Source of the DNA: Alphaproteobacteria bacterium
Lineage (GTDB): Bacteria > Pseudomonadota > Alphaproteobacteria > SP197
Length of the DNA: 64,000 nt
NCBI GenBank assembly: GCA_964291265.2
Contig: OZ219747.1
Location: 2,432,001 to 2,496,000 of the forward strand
Direction of reading: 5' to 3'
Both the position numbers and the translations under genes were made by a program. Below, in pieces: positions 20,113-30,655 of this stretch. Numbering within the stretch: position 1 is the stretch's first letter; each line of letters opens with the position of its first letter. The notes under the pieces are model-generated. The model saw only the letters and a list, made by a program, of their open reading frames with translations. It ran no database searches and was not told where the DNA came from.

Positions 20113-23100
20113 TGAGGGAGAAGGAAGCGATCCTTCGCCCGGTTTCCGACTGGGGAGACACGATCACGCTGATCCCCTTCAGCGGGGTCCAGATGCTCGA
20201 CTTCGGATTCAACCTCGACGGCGTGCCGTTTCGTTCCCGACGCTTCATTGAACGGGTCACGCACCAGGAAGGCGGTGACGCCGCCTGCGATCTCATCCCT
20301 CTCGTCGACGAGGAAGACCGCAACGAAGGGATTCGTGCGGCCGGGAACATCGATGACGTCGAGTATGGCTTGCGGGCAGTGCAGGGCCTTGAACCCTTCC
20401 TCGAGAAGTGGGTTCCGGTGCCGATCCTGCGTGTCAGGCCGGGTCTGGGTTCCGACCGCAGCGAGCGCCATGATGACGGCCCTTTCGGATGGGCGCGGTT
20501 GCGGGTGGTCGAACTCGAGCGCAGCGATCCCGATACCGGCCATTCGCACCGCATCCAGATCGCGTTCGACACGACGCTGGTCGACGAGGGACCGGGGGGA
20601 CGCTATCTGCAGCCCCTCTTCAAGGACAGCGAGGACGAGCGGGAGTTTCGCCTGGTCAGCAGTGCCGACCACGTCACGCCGTTCCTGACATATGTCCAGG
20701 ACGACGAAACCCTGTCCGGGAAGGTGGATACCCAGGCCTGGGTGGCGGACTGGATCGAGGAAATCTTCATCGAGTTCAAGAAGGCAAGAGTCGGCAGACG
20801 CGCCCTCAGGGACGAGGATTTTCCCTACCGTCTCGAACATCTTGCACGGTTCCTGACCCTCCTGGCATTCATCGATTCCGCAGTCAGGGTGCCACGCTTC
20901 AAGCTCGTCGACGTGGTCTCGGACGAAGCCAGGCATGCACCGCTCGATGTCGACCTAGTCCTCGACATCGGCAACAGCAGGACCTGTGGCATTCTCATCG
21001 AGAGCGCGGCTGGCCAGACTTCGGTCGATCTTTCGAACTCCTATAGTCTGGAGATTCGCGACCTGTCGAGACCGGAGCTTCACTCGACTGGTGTGATCGA
21101 CAGCAGGGTCGAATTCGCCGCGGCGGAGTTCGGACGCGAACACATCGCCCGGCGCTCCGGACGCCGGGATGCCTTCCAGTGGCCCTCGATCGTGCGAACC
21201 GGACCGGAAGCCAATCGCATGGTTCGCCAGGAGGAAGGCACCGAGACGGCCTCGGGCCTGTCGTCGCCCAAGCGCTATCTCTGGGACCTCGAGCCATCGG
21301 TGAGCGAATGGCGATTCCAGAATCACATGGACGCGCAGAACATGCCGCGCATCGCCCGGTCCGCGTGCCGCTATCTCAACGACAACGGCGATGTCATCGA
21401 GCAGGTCAGGCGCGACGTCTCGGACCGTCTGCGTGACCGCAAGGACGCGAAGGTCGACATGGCGGTCAGGCCCAGGTTTTCCCGCTCGGCGCTCTACGGA
21501 TTCCTTGTCGGAGAACTGATCAGTCATGCGCTGGTGCAGATCAACGACCCGGCCTCCAGGGCCCGGCGGGCACGTTCTGCCGTCCCCCGGCGCCTGCGCA
21601 CCGTCATCCTCACCCTGCCTTCGGCGACACCCATGCAGGAGCAGGCGATCATCCGTTCCAGAGCCGAGGGAGCGGTTCGTCTGATCTGGTCCATTCTCGG
21701 CTTCGGAGAGGACGCCGCGGCCACCTGTTCCCGGCCAAGGCTGGTTGTTGACTGGGATGAAGCGAGTTGCACCCAGCTGGTCTGGCTCTACACCGAGATC
21801 GCCCGCAAGTTCGAAGGCAGGATCGACGAATACATGGCGCTCAAGGGACGGCCCAGAGTCCAGGAAGACGGCGGAGCCCCGGAAAACTCCATCCGCCTCG
21901 CCTGCATCGACATCGGCGGCGGCACCACCGATCTCATGGTGACCTCCTACTTCGGCGAGCGCGACAAGCTCATGATCCCGCGTCAGGTATTTCGCGAGGG
22001 TTTTCGCATTGCCGGCGACGATGTCACGCGCGAGGTGGTGGCATCGATCGTCCTGGGCCGCATCGCCGATTCCATCGAGGCCGCAGGCGGCGCCTGGGTC
22101 CGCGAGCGACTGTGCGAGCTCTTTGGCGGCGATGTGGGCGGCATGGATCAACGGATGCGCCAGATGCGCCGGCAGTTTTCCCTGAGGATTCTGGCGCCGC
22201 TGGCGGTTGCCACGCTGCACGCATGCGAGAACATCGCAGAGGATGCCACGTTCGAAATCCGCGTGGCGGACGTCCTCGGGTATCGTGAAGACGGGAATGG
22301 AACGCTGGAGCTCGACGTGCCCTCAGGTCTTGTCGCCTACCTCGAAGACCCGGTTCGGGAGGCCGGGGCACGCGACTGGCGCCTTGCCGATGCCACGATG
22401 AGGATTCGCCGTTTCGAGGTTGATGCATCGGTACGCGGCGTTCTGCAGAAGGCCCTGCAGGACATGGGCAGGGTGATCGACCATCTCGGCGTCGACGTGA
22501 TCCTGCTGACCGGGCGGCCCTCCAGGCTTCCGGCTGTCCGGGCACTGATCCGTGACATGATGATCGTGCCGCCGGACCGCCTGGTGTCCATGCATCGCTA
22601 CCGCGTCGAGGAGTGGTATCCCTTCCGCGATCCCGTGACCAACCAGGTCGGCGACCCGAAGAGCACGGTGGCGGTGGGAGGCATGCTGTGCGCTCTCAGT
22701 TCAAGCCGCATCGCCAGTTTCCGCCTGCGCTCCGAGCACCTGCAGATGCGCTCCACGGCCCGATTCGTCGGCGTCATGCATACCGCCGGGCAGATCTTCG
22801 ACAGGGACGTGCTCTTTGCCGAGGACGACGGCATGGCGCCGGGCGATGCTGTCGAGGATGAGGCGGTGCTTGCCGCCTACAACCCGGTTCACGTGGGCTT
22901 CCGCCAGATTGCCGATGAGAGGTGGACGACAACGCCGCTCTACCTCCTCGACTTTGCCAATGAGAGTGTGTTGAAACGCCCCCTCCCGGTGCGGGTGACA
23001 CTGAGACGGCGTGACTCCCATGCGGACCCCGAGAACCCCGATCACGTTCTGCGTCTCGAGGCGGCGAGGGAGGCGTTTGTGGTTGACTACGTCGAGGATG

Positions 23101-23204
23101 GCGCAGGCGATGCCTGTCACCGCGACGATGTCAGGCTGCGTCTGCAGACGCTCGGGCCCGAGGACCACTACTGGCTCGACACCGGCATCGTCCGGCTGGC
23201 GTGA
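20112..23204 (+). CDS. srfB: Virulence factor SrfB family (actin/Hsp70-like ATPase fold)
   Basis: About 1030 aa; VDLVLDIGNSRTCG, GLSSPKRYLWD, WDEASC, IDIGGGTTDL, LLTGRPSRLP, DPKSTVAVG, YWLDTG. Confidence 0.9.
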   Translation: MREKEAILRPVSDWGDTITLIPFSGVQMLDFGFNLDGVPFRSRRFIERVTHQEGGDAACDLIPLVDEEDRNEGIRAAGNIDDVEYGLRAVQGLEPFLEKWVPVPILRVRPGLGSDRSERHDDGPFGWARLRVVELERSDPDTGHSHRIQIAFDTTLVDEGPGGRYLQPLFKDSEDEREFRLVSSADHVTPFLTYVQDDETLSGKVDTQAWVADWIEEIFIEFKKARVGRRALRDEDFPYRLEHLARFLTLLAFIDSAVRVPRFKLVDVVSDEARHAPLDVDLVLDIGNSRTCGILIESAAGQTSVDLSNSYSLEIRDLSRPELHSTGVIDSRVEFAAAEFGREHIARRSGRRDAFQWPSIVRTGPEANRMVRQEEGTETASGLSSPKRYLWDLEPSVSEWRFQNHMDAQNMPRIARSACRYLNDNGDVIEQVRRDVSDRLRDRKDAKVDMAVRPRFSRSALYGFLVGELISHALVQINDPASRARRARSAVPRRLRTVILTLPSATPMQEQAIIRSRAEGAVRLIWSILGFGEDAAATCSRPRLVVDWDEASCTQLVWLYTEIARKFEGRIDEYMALKGRPRVQEDGGAPENSIRLACIDIGGGTTDLMVTSYFGERDKLMIPRQVFREGFRIAGDDVTREVVASIVLGRIADSIEAAGGAWVRERLCELFGGDVGGMDQRMRQMRRQFSLRILAPLAVATLHACENIAEDATFEIRVADVLGYREDGNGTLELDVPSGLVAYLEDPVREAGARDWRLADATMRIRRFEVDASVRGVLQKALQDMGRVIDHLGVDVILLTGRPSRLPAVRALIRDMMIVPPDRLVSMHRYRVEEWYPFRDPVTNQVGDPKSTVAVGGMLCALSSSRIASFRLRSEHLQMRSTARFVGVMHTAGQIFDRDVLFAEDDGMAPGDAVEDEAVLAAYNPVHVGFRQIADERWTTTPLYLLDFANESVLKRPLPVRVTLRRRDSHADPENPDHVLRLEAAREAFVVDYVEDGAGDACHRDDVRLRLQTLGPEDHYWLDTGIVRLA

Positions 23205-23219
23205 GGGATGGGGCATGTC

Positions 23220-25880
23220 ATGAGCGAGCGCGCTGAAGGACTGGCGAAACGCTGCCTCGCGGTGGCGGATCTGGCAAGCCGGGCCGGCGCCTGGATCAGC
23301 GATGACGCCAACCGGGAAAAGGTCGGCGCCCAGGGGCCTGCATTCGCCCGGGACTTCCGCCGCGCACGGGTTCGCGCCGACAAGCTTGCCACGGCAGCCG
23401 GCCGGAACATGTGCGTGGGTGTCTATGGACCGAGCCAGGCCGGCAAGTCCTATCTCATTTCGGTGCTCGCAAGGCCAAGGGGCGGAGATCTCGTGGCGGC
23501 CTTCGACGGCGCCAGGCGCCCCGTCACCTACCTCGACGAGATCAATCCGGAGGGACAGGGAGAATCGACGGGCCTCGTCACCAGGTTCACCACACGCAAG
23601 GTGCCGGCGCCTCCGGGTTATCCGGTCGGGGTCAGCCTGCTTTCGGAAGCGGACATCGCAAGGGTGTTGATCAACTCCTTTGCCGAGGATGGCGACAACA
23701 CGGAGACCCCACCGTCGGCGGAAGAGATCGAACAGTTGCTGGAGACGGCACGAGGGCAGGCAGGCGACCCGGGTCAGGCCATGACCATCGAGGAGATGTG
23801 GGATGTGCAGGATTACGTCGTCAGTCACTTCGGTCACCTCGCCTACTTCGCTCCCCTGGCCGACTACTGGAACCGTGCGGCCGACCTTGTGCCGCGGGTC
23901 AACCTGGCCACGCGAGCCGGTCTCCTCGCCGTTTTCTGGGGGCGCCATGCGCCCCTGACGGACCTCTACCTCGCGCTCGCCGGACATCTTGAAGCGCTCG
24001 GCGGAGTCCGCGATGCCTTCGTTCCTCTCGAGGCCCTCGTTCCACGCGAAACGTCGATCATCGATGTTCAGACCCTGAAGGACCTGGACCGCAAGGCGCA
24101 CGGCAATCTCGATCCGGTCGAGGTGACAACCGGGGACGGTGCCGTGGCACGCATCGGGAGGGGACATCTGTGTGCCATGGTGGCCGAGATGATCATTCCC
24201 ATGGCGGGTGTGCCGTGGGAGTTCATGCACAGGACCGATCTTCTCGACTTTCCCGGCACACGGAATCGCTTCACCCATGATCTCGGCCGGTTCCTTGCCG
24301 AGGGCGAATCGCCGGTCTCCCAGCTCTTCCTGCGCGGCAAGGTCGCCTATCTCTTCGATCGCTATGTTGCCGAACAGGAAATGACCTCGATGATCCTGTG
24401 CATCGGCGACGGCAACATGGAGGCGAAGGATCTTCCGGGACTTGTCGAGAACTGGGTGGCTGCAACCCATGGCGACACGCCTGCCCGGCGGGCCGAGGCA
24501 CGGTGCATCCTGTTCTTCGTGCTCACCAAGTTCGATACACTGCTCGTCGAATCCGGCGGTTCAGGTGATGATCCGACGACGCGGTTCGAAAGGCGTATCC
24601 AGAATTCAATGGTGGAACCCTTCGGAAAGATGGCTGACGCCTGGATCAACGAATGGTTGCCGCAAACGCCCTTCAACAACACCTACTGGATGCGCAATCC
24701 GACCTACGAAGCGCCGTTGATCGCCTATGATGCGGACCGTCGCGAAGCCGCCATTCGCGAGGACATGATGGAACGACTCGAGACCCTGCGTCAGGGGGCG
24801 GTGGCGGCGCCGCTGGTCCAGCGTCATTTCTCCGATCCCCAGGCGGCCTGGGAGGCGGCGCTGACGATCGACGATGGGGGTGTCGGCCGACTGGCGGAAG
24901 CGCTGGCCGATGTCTGCCACATCGAGACCAAGCTTGACCAGATCAGTGATCAGCTGGATATCCTGATCGACGGCATCCAGCGTCCGCTCTCCCGGTTCCA
25001 TGTCTCCTCGGATCTCAAGGAGAGGCTGGCTCTGAGGCAGGAGGCGGCCGACACCGTCCTCGATAGTCTCGACATGTGCTTTGACGACAACCGGTTCGCC
25101 GAACTCCTCGAGGATCTGATGATCGACCCGGCGGTCGCTGCCGACCGCATGGCGCGCGTGCCCGGCGGTATTTTCATTGTCGCCGAAGGTCAGCAGCCCC
25201 CGCCCGGTGATTCGGTGGCCGCTGGCGGTCGGTCGGCAAGGCCCCGCCCCGGAGGGCGGCGGCAGGCGGAGGCGAAACCTCCCGTCGACACCGCAGAGGG
25301 ACCAAGGACAAGGCGCATGACCATGGAGGCCTTCCAGGCGGAACGTGCGCTGACGACGTGGATCGATGGCCTGCATGATCTCGCCGTCCGCCCGGAGTGG
25401 CGGCGGCGGTTCAGTCTGACCGAGCAGACGGCGAGCGACCTCGTGGCCGAACTCATCGAGGCGGCCCGACGCCTCCCTCTCCATGACGACATCGTGACCG
25501 CGCTCAGGAAGTGGAATTTCTCCCTCCACTCGGACCGCCGTGCCGCGCCTGCGGCGGCGATCGCGGCCGAGGCCATCAACTCCTTTGTTGCCCGTCTCGG
25601 CATGGACAGATTACCGCAGGACAGGCGTCCGCAGGTTGAACTGGAAGGGAACAGGACACGGCCGGTGTTCGGGGAGCGGCCCTCCAGGGATGATGTCACG
25701 TCCTTCTCGTTTGCTTACGGCACCGGCACCGAGGATCGGTTTGTCGACTGGACCCATGGCCTCTTCCGGGTCTTCGAGGACAATGCCCGGTGCGTTGGCG
25801 GAGAGACCGTGGATACGGAGCAGAACCTCGTGCTCGGCGAGATTGTCGCAAGGCTTGAGGCGAACAGGATGGCGACATGA
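23220..25880 (+). CDS. srfC: Virulence factor SrfC family (P-loop, GTPase-like)
   Basis: GVYGPSQAGKSYLIS, INPEG..ESTGLVTRFT, DLLDFPG, RGKVAYLFDRY, LTKFD; follows srfB. Confidence 0.88.
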   Translation: MSERAEGLAKRCLAVADLASRAGAWISDDANREKVGAQGPAFARDFRRARVRADKLATAAGRNMCVGVYGPSQAGKSYLISVLARPRGGDLVAAFDGARRPVTYLDEINPEGQGESTGLVTRFTTRKVPAPPGYPVGVSLLSEADIARVLINSFAEDGDNTETPPSAEEIEQLLETARGQAGDPGQAMTIEEMWDVQDYVVSHFGHLAYFAPLADYWNRAADLVPRVNLATRAGLLAVFWGRHAPLTDLYLALAGHLEALGGVRDAFVPLEALVPRETSIIDVQTLKDLDRKAHGNLDPVEVTTGDGAVARIGRGHLCAMVAEMIIPMAGVPWEFMHRTDLLDFPGTRNRFTHDLGRFLAEGESPVSQLFLRGKVAYLFDRYVAEQEMTSMILCIGDGNMEAKDLPGLVENWVAATHGDTPARRAEARCILFFVLTKFDTLLVESGGSGDDPTTRFERRIQNSMVEPFGKMADAWINEWLPQTPFNNTYWMRNPTYEAPLIAYDADRREAAIREDMMERLETLRQGAVAAPLVQRHFSDPQAAWEAALTIDDGGVGRLAEALADVCHIETKLDQISDQLDILIDGIQRPLSRFHVSSDLKERLALRQEAADTVLDSLDMCFDDNRFAELLEDLMIDPAVAADRMARVPGGIFIVAEGQQPPPGDSVAAGGRSARPRPGGRRQAEAKPPVDTAEGPRTRRMTMEAFQAERALTTWIDGLHDLAVRPEWRRRFSLTEQTASDLVAELIEAARRLPLHDDIVTALRKWNFSLHSDRRAAPAAAIAAEAINSFVARLGMDRLPQDRRPQVELEGNRTRPVFGERPSRDDVTSFSFAYGTGTEDRFVDWTHGLFRVFEDNARCVGGETVDTEQNLVLGEIVARLEANRMAT

Positions 25881-26794
25881 CGTTCAGGATCATTCCGGAC
25901 CCCCGCCACCCGCTGGGAGGACACGCCCTTCTCACCATGGACGAGGGACAATCGACCGGCAACGGTCAGCTGACCATCCGCCGGTCCTATGACTTGCGCT
26001 ACCTCGGAGCATCGGGCTGGCAATTGGCCAAGGCAACGCTCGGGCCTCTGGAGTCCGCCGCGAACGGCCTCATTCTCGGTCCCGATGTGGTGCGTCATGT
26101 TGACGAATTCGACAACCTCGAGATCACGTTCGAGGGCGGCAGCGCCGGCAGCGTCGTATGGCCCGGCAGCGTCCTTCTTGCTCCCGATGCGGCGCGCGAC
26201 GGCGGTTTCGCCAGGAGCGTGACTGAACACGCACCGGATGTTCCCGTGGTGGCGGCAGGGCAGACGGAAACTGAAGGAGAAGGTGAACCACCACCGGCCG
26301 ACAGCCCTCACGCCTCACGTCGTGGCGCCTGCGTCGTCCTTGCCCTGGTGGTCGTGGTCCTCGGGATAGCAGCGGCTCTCTACGTTCTGCGGGACGATAT
26401 CGTCGAGCCGCAGACGGCGAAGACGGGGCTGCCGTGCAGCGATGATGCCGTGACCGGTGTCGCGGAGACAGACTTGCTGCTTGAATGGGTCGAGCGATGC
26501 GGGACCGACGAGGGAGTCGCTCCGCAAACGCGGTTGTCGGTTGTCGAAAGACTGATTGGCAAGACACCGGATGCGCTTGTCGTCATGGGCGGCTGGTACG
26601 ATCCGGCCCTTGAATCCGATTCGTCCCCCTTCGAAAGGCCAGCCCTCGAGATTGCGGCGCGCTACTACGCCGACGCCGCCGACGCCGGGGTTGATGGCGC
26701 ACAGGGTCTTCTCGATGACGTCTGCGGGCGTCTCGATGCGGACAACTTCATGCAGAACGACGCCATTGATCTCTACTGTGGAGGAGGGCAGTGA
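25877..26794 (+). CDS. Membrane protein with C-terminal Sel1-like helices
   Basis: Beta-rich N-terminus, TM segment, then ALVVMGGWYDP...AARYYADAADAG; coupled to both neighbours. Confidence 0.6.
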   Translation: MTFRIIPDPRHPLGGHALLTMDEGQSTGNGQLTIRRSYDLRYLGASGWQLAKATLGPLESAANGLILGPDVVRHVDEFDNLEITFEGGSAGSVVWPGSVLLAPDAARDGGFARSVTEHAPDVPVVAAGQTETEGEGEPPPADSPHASRRGACVVLALVVVVLGIAAALYVLRDDIVEPQTAKTGLPCSDDAVTGVAETDLLLEWVERCGTDEGVAPQTRLSVVERLIGKTPDALVVMGGWYDPALESDSSPFERPALEIAARYYADAADAGVDGAQGLLDDVCGRLDADNFMQNDAIDLYCGGGQ

Positions 26795-28737
26795 TGCGTC
26801 TGCGCCTCATGGTGCTCGCCGTTGTTGCGGTCCTGGCGGGTGTGGTCGGTTCGGCCGTTGAAGCCCAGGGGGAGAGGCCGCTCCTGATCGATGGCACGAA
26901 CACGCTCTATCAACGTGTTCTCACGCGCCCCGGCACACCACGCTTCGATGCGCCTCAAGGCGTTGTCCAGGACCTCTACCCTGCGTTCCAGCCTCTCTAT
27001 GTCTTTGGCCGTGAAGGTTCCTGGCTCCAGGTCGGGGGAGCGGCCGGGATGCCGGCCGAAGGATGGGTGAACGAGGACGCCACGATCGACTGGCGCTACA
27101 ATGTCGTTGCCGCATTCACAAGCACTGCAGGCAGGGAGCGCCAGCTCCTCTTTTCCGATCTCGCGTCACTGGACAGTCTGATCCAGAGCGAGGCCACGGT
27201 GTCGCTGGCCCGCGAGTTGAGGCAGACCATTGATGAAGGAGGGTCCGGGGAGACGTCGGGGGTGATCTCGATTGAACCGGCCGAATACGTCGACATCAAC
27301 GATGCCGAGACCTTCTATGTCCTGCCGATCCTCGAGTTCCACGAGGATTTCCATCCCATGAGCGCTGAGCTGTTTCTGAAGATGCGTGTCGCCTCGGTCC
27401 CGTTGCAGGACGAACCGATCGCCGAGCCTCCATTGCTGGAAGACTCCATCCGGGACTCTGATGCCGGCATCATGATCGTGCTCGACACCACCCGGTCGAT
27501 GGGGCCTTTCATTGCCGAAACCCTCGAGGTCATGGAGGAGGAGATCCGCAGGATTGCGAACACGGAAACCGGCGAGAGGGTGCATTTCGGCATCCTGGGC
27601 TTTCGTGACAATCCCGCCGCCGCCGAGGGAATCGAGTACCGGGTTCGCGTCTTTTGTCCCCTCGACAGGGACAACGCCGTTGATGCGCCACTTGCCGCGC
27701 TCTCGTCCATGGAGGTCGCCGGAGTGTCCACGCCCGGCTACAACGAGGACAGTCTTGCGGCCATCCGCCATGCCCTGGAGGAGACCGACTGGGCGCCAGG
27801 TGGCATGGAATTCGTCAAGAAACTCATCATCCTCGTGACCGATGCCGGGCCCAAGACTGCGCGGGATCCCAATGCCGAGACCGACATCAACGCTGCATCT
27901 CTTCAGGCGATGGCAAGGGAGCAGGATGTCGGCATCATCGTCATCCATCTCCTCACGCCGGATGGGGTGGCGAACCACGAGTACGCGGCGAACCACTACC
28001 GGGAACTTGCCGCGGCACTCGGCCATGTCTTCTATTATCCGGTGGCCGGTGGGCCGCAGGATTTTGGCACCGAAGTCCGTTCGACCATCACCGGGGTCAT
28101 GTCCCAGGTTTCCAGAAACCTCGAGGGTGAACTCACCGAGGTGCCAGAGCCTGACGAGACCGGTGCATTGCCCGAGGGGGCGGAACTCGATGTGCTCGGA
28201 CTGGCCATGGAACTTGCCTATCTCGGGCGTGTGCTCGAAACACGGGCGCCGGACGTGTTCGAGGCCTGGGTGGCGGACCGGGCGCTCGAGGACTCGCGCA
28301 AGGTCGCGGTCGAACCGCGCCTGCTGATTACGAAGAACCAGCTGTCGTCGCTGCGCGACGTGCTTGATGCCGTGCTCGAGGTCGGGGAGAACACCCAGAC
28401 GCGCGGTGCGGCGCACGATTTTTTCGGCCGACTTCAGGGCGCCGTATCGCGCATGGCCCAGGATCCCGACAGGTTGATCAACACCGATTTCGATACCCTT
28501 GGGAGCGCCTTTGGCGAATTTCTGGAGGGACTTCCCTATCAGAGCCGGGTGATGGAGATCACCCAGGAACGCTGGGACAGCATGGGAACGGGACGACGTC
28601 AGATCATCGATGACCTGAGAAGCCGTTTCCTGCTCTATGAACGCTGGCATGACGACCCCTCACTGTGGGTGGCGCTCTACGACGACGCGCCCGACGGCGA
28701 GCATGTCTATGCCATGCCCTTCGGAGCCCTGCCCTGA
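26791..28737 (+). CDS. Exported vWA-domain protein resembling the periplasmic part of T6SS kinase PpkA (no kinase domain)
   Basis: Signal peptide, RPLLIDGTNTLYQRVLTRPG, SH3-like segment, MIDAS-like VLDTTRSMG and LVTDAG, LPYQS, terminal VYAMPFGALP. Confidence 0.75.
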   Translation: MMRLRLMVLAVVAVLAGVVGSAVEAQGERPLLIDGTNTLYQRVLTRPGTPRFDAPQGVVQDLYPAFQPLYVFGREGSWLQVGGAAGMPAEGWVNEDATIDWRYNVVAAFTSTAGRERQLLFSDLASLDSLIQSEATVSLARELRQTIDEGGSGETSGVISIEPAEYVDINDAETFYVLPILEFHEDFHPMSAELFLKMRVASVPLQDEPIAEPPLLEDSIRDSDAGIMIVLDTTRSMGPFIAETLEVMEEEIRRIANTETGERVHFGILGFRDNPAAAEGIEYRVRVFCPLDRDNAVDAPLAALSSMEVAGVSTPGYNEDSLAAIRHALEETDWAPGGMEFVKKLIILVTDAGPKTARDPNAETDINAASLQAMAREQDVGIIVIHLLTPDGVANHEYAANHYRELAAALGHVFYYPVAGGPQDFGTEVRSTITGVMSQVSRNLEGELTEVPEPDETGALPEGAELDVLGLAMELAYLGRVLETRAPDVFEAWVADRALEDSRKVAVEPRLLITKNQLSSLRDVLDAVLEVGENTQTRGAAHDFFGRLQGAVSRMAQDPDRLINTDFDTLGSAFGEFLEGLPYQSRVMEITQERWDSMGTGRRQIIDDLRSRFLLYERWHDDPSLWVALYDDAPDGEHVYAMPFGALP

Positions 28738-28748
28738 CAAGGGCGGCC

Positions 28749-29462
28749 ATGCGCTTCGTCCTCGAGCGCGTGTCGCGCACCCTGGAGAGTTCCACCCGCA
28801 GGTTCGAACTCGATATCCCGGCCTTCAAGGTGGATCGCGGCGAGGTGGTCGCCCTTGTCGGCGACAGCGGTTCGGGCAAGACGGCTATGATGGAGCTTCT
28901 CGCGCTCGCTGCGGCACCCGATGAAGGCGGGTGCTTCGTGCTGGCTGGCGATGAAGAGGTCGACATTGCCAGACTGTGGCGTCAGGCACGGTTGAAGGAT
29001 CTCGCCGCGACAAGGAGCCGGCATCTCGGATTCGTGGCCCAGACCGGCGGACTCCTCGAGTTTCTGACGGTGAGGGAGAATGTGGCTCTGGCTCAGGATG
29101 TCGCCCGCAGGCATGACCGTCAGCGTGTCGACCGGCTGGCCCGGACACTGGGCCTTGAGAGCGTCCTCGATGAACGCCCGGCCGGGCTGTCCATCGGACA
29201 GCGCCAGCGGACCGCGATCCTGCGCGCCCTCGCTCATCGTCCGTCCTTTGTCATCGCCGATGAACCGACCTCGGCGCTCGACCCCCGCACCGCCCGTGAA
29301 GTCATCGATCTCCTTCTCGAGACAGCGGCAGGCGAGGGGGCGGGCATCATTGTTTCGACCCACAACGTTGCGCTGATGTCCCACGCCGGCGTCGAGACTG
29401 TCCCTGTCGTGCCCGTTTCCGGAACGGCTCACTGGGTCAGTCGCGTGGAGCGCCGGCGATGA
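28749..29462 (+). CDS. ABC transporter ATP-binding protein (TagT/LolD-like)
   Basis: GDSGSGKT, LSIGQRQR, IADEPTSALD, STH. Confidence 0.9.
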   Translation: MRFVLERVSRTLESSTRRFELDIPAFKVDRGEVVALVGDSGSGKTAMMELLALAAAPDEGGCFVLAGDEEVDIARLWRQARLKDLAATRSRHLGFVAQTGGLLEFLTVRENVALAQDVARRHDRQRVDRLARTLGLESVLDERPAGLSIGQRQRTAILRALAHRPSFVIADEPTSALDPRTAREVIDLLLETAAGEGAGIIVSTHNVALMSHAGVETVPVVPVSGTAHWVSRVERRR

Positions 29463-30655
29463 TCCTCGTCCGCCTTGCCATCGCCGACCTCTGGCACGAC
29501 CGGATCATGGCGCTCTGCAACATGGCCGCCATCATCGGCATCGTGGCACCGCTTGGCATTCTCTCCGGCATCAAGACGGGTGTTGTCGATGCCCTCATCC
29601 ACGATCTCGCCACCCGCCCTGACATCCTGCGGGTCGCCATCTCGGGCAATCACGGGTTTGCACCGGGCGATATCGAGGAGGTGGCGGGCTGGCAGGAAAC
29701 CGGATTCGCGGTTCCGTCGTCGCGGTCCATAGCCCGGCGTCTCATGGTCCGTCGCGAAGGCGGAACCGTCATCCGCCGCGCCGCGCTCGTTGCCACAGGT
29801 GCGGGTGAACCCTGGCTCGCCGACAGTGAGGTCATCACCGAGGACGAGGTGGCGGCGAGTTCCGCTCTGGCACGGCGTCTCGACCTTGTCCCCGGTGATC
29901 GTCTCGAAGCGGTTGCGCGCCGTGGCGAGACCGGCGAGACCGTGCTGACACTGACGCTGAAGGTCGCAGCGGTGCTGCCCCGGGGCACGCTGGCCGGAGA
30001 CGGGTTGCTGATGACGCCCGCCCTCATGGACGACATCGAGGCCTTCTATGACGGCTACGCGGTGACACGTCTCGGCATGGACGAGGGCCGACCGCTGATC
30101 GAGAGAACGCGACTGGCCGAAAGCATGCGTCTCTATGCCGCAGATCTGTTATCCGTAGCTCCTCTCGAAGACCGTCTCGAGAAACGGTTCGGCATCGAGG
30201 CCTCGTCGGATGCCTCAGAGGTCGAAGCGACTCTCGATCTCGAACGCCGCCTCGGCCTTGCCCTCGATCTCGTGGTCGCTGCGGCGACCGCAGGGCTGTT
30301 TGCCGCCCTTGCGGCAAGCTTCTGGTCGATGACACGGGCACGCAGGCGGGGTCTTGCCGTGCTGGCGATGATCGGCATGCCACCGGCGCGTCTGGCCTGC
30401 TATCCGGTGTGTGTGGCGCTCGTGACGGCGCTCTTCGGCCTTGCCGGCACCGCCGGTCTCGTCATGGGCGGTGCGGTCGCAGCCACCCGCCTGTTCGGCG
30501 GGGATCTTCCGGGCGACGCATCCTTCATGCCGTCGCCTGGCGACGCAGCGCGCCTTTGCGCCGGTGTCCTCGTCATCTCCGCGGCGGCCTCCTTCCTCGC
30601 TGCCCGGGAGGCTGCCTGCACCCAACCCGGCGCCGTCTTCAGAGAGGAGGCATGA
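29459..30655 (+). CDS. FtsX/MacB-like ABC permease (TagS-like)
   Basis: One N-terminal TM, a large periplasmic loop containing RLYA, and three C-terminal TMs. Confidence 0.8.
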   Translation: MILVRLAIADLWHDRIMALCNMAAIIGIVAPLGILSGIKTGVVDALIHDLATRPDILRVAISGNHGFAPGDIEEVAGWQETGFAVPSSRSIARRLMVRREGGTVIRRAALVATGAGEPWLADSEVITEDEVAASSALARRLDLVPGDRLEAVARRGETGETVLTLTLKVAAVLPRGTLAGDGLLMTPALMDDIEAFYDGYAVTRLGMDEGRPLIERTRLAESMRLYAADLLSVAPLEDRLEKRFGIEASSDASEVEATLDLERRLGLALDLVVAAATAGLFAALAASFWSMTRARRRGLAVLAMIGMPPARLACYPVCVALVTALFGLAGTAGLVMGGAVAATRLFGGDLPGDASFMPSPGDAARLCAGVLVISAAASFLAAREAACTQPGAVFREEA

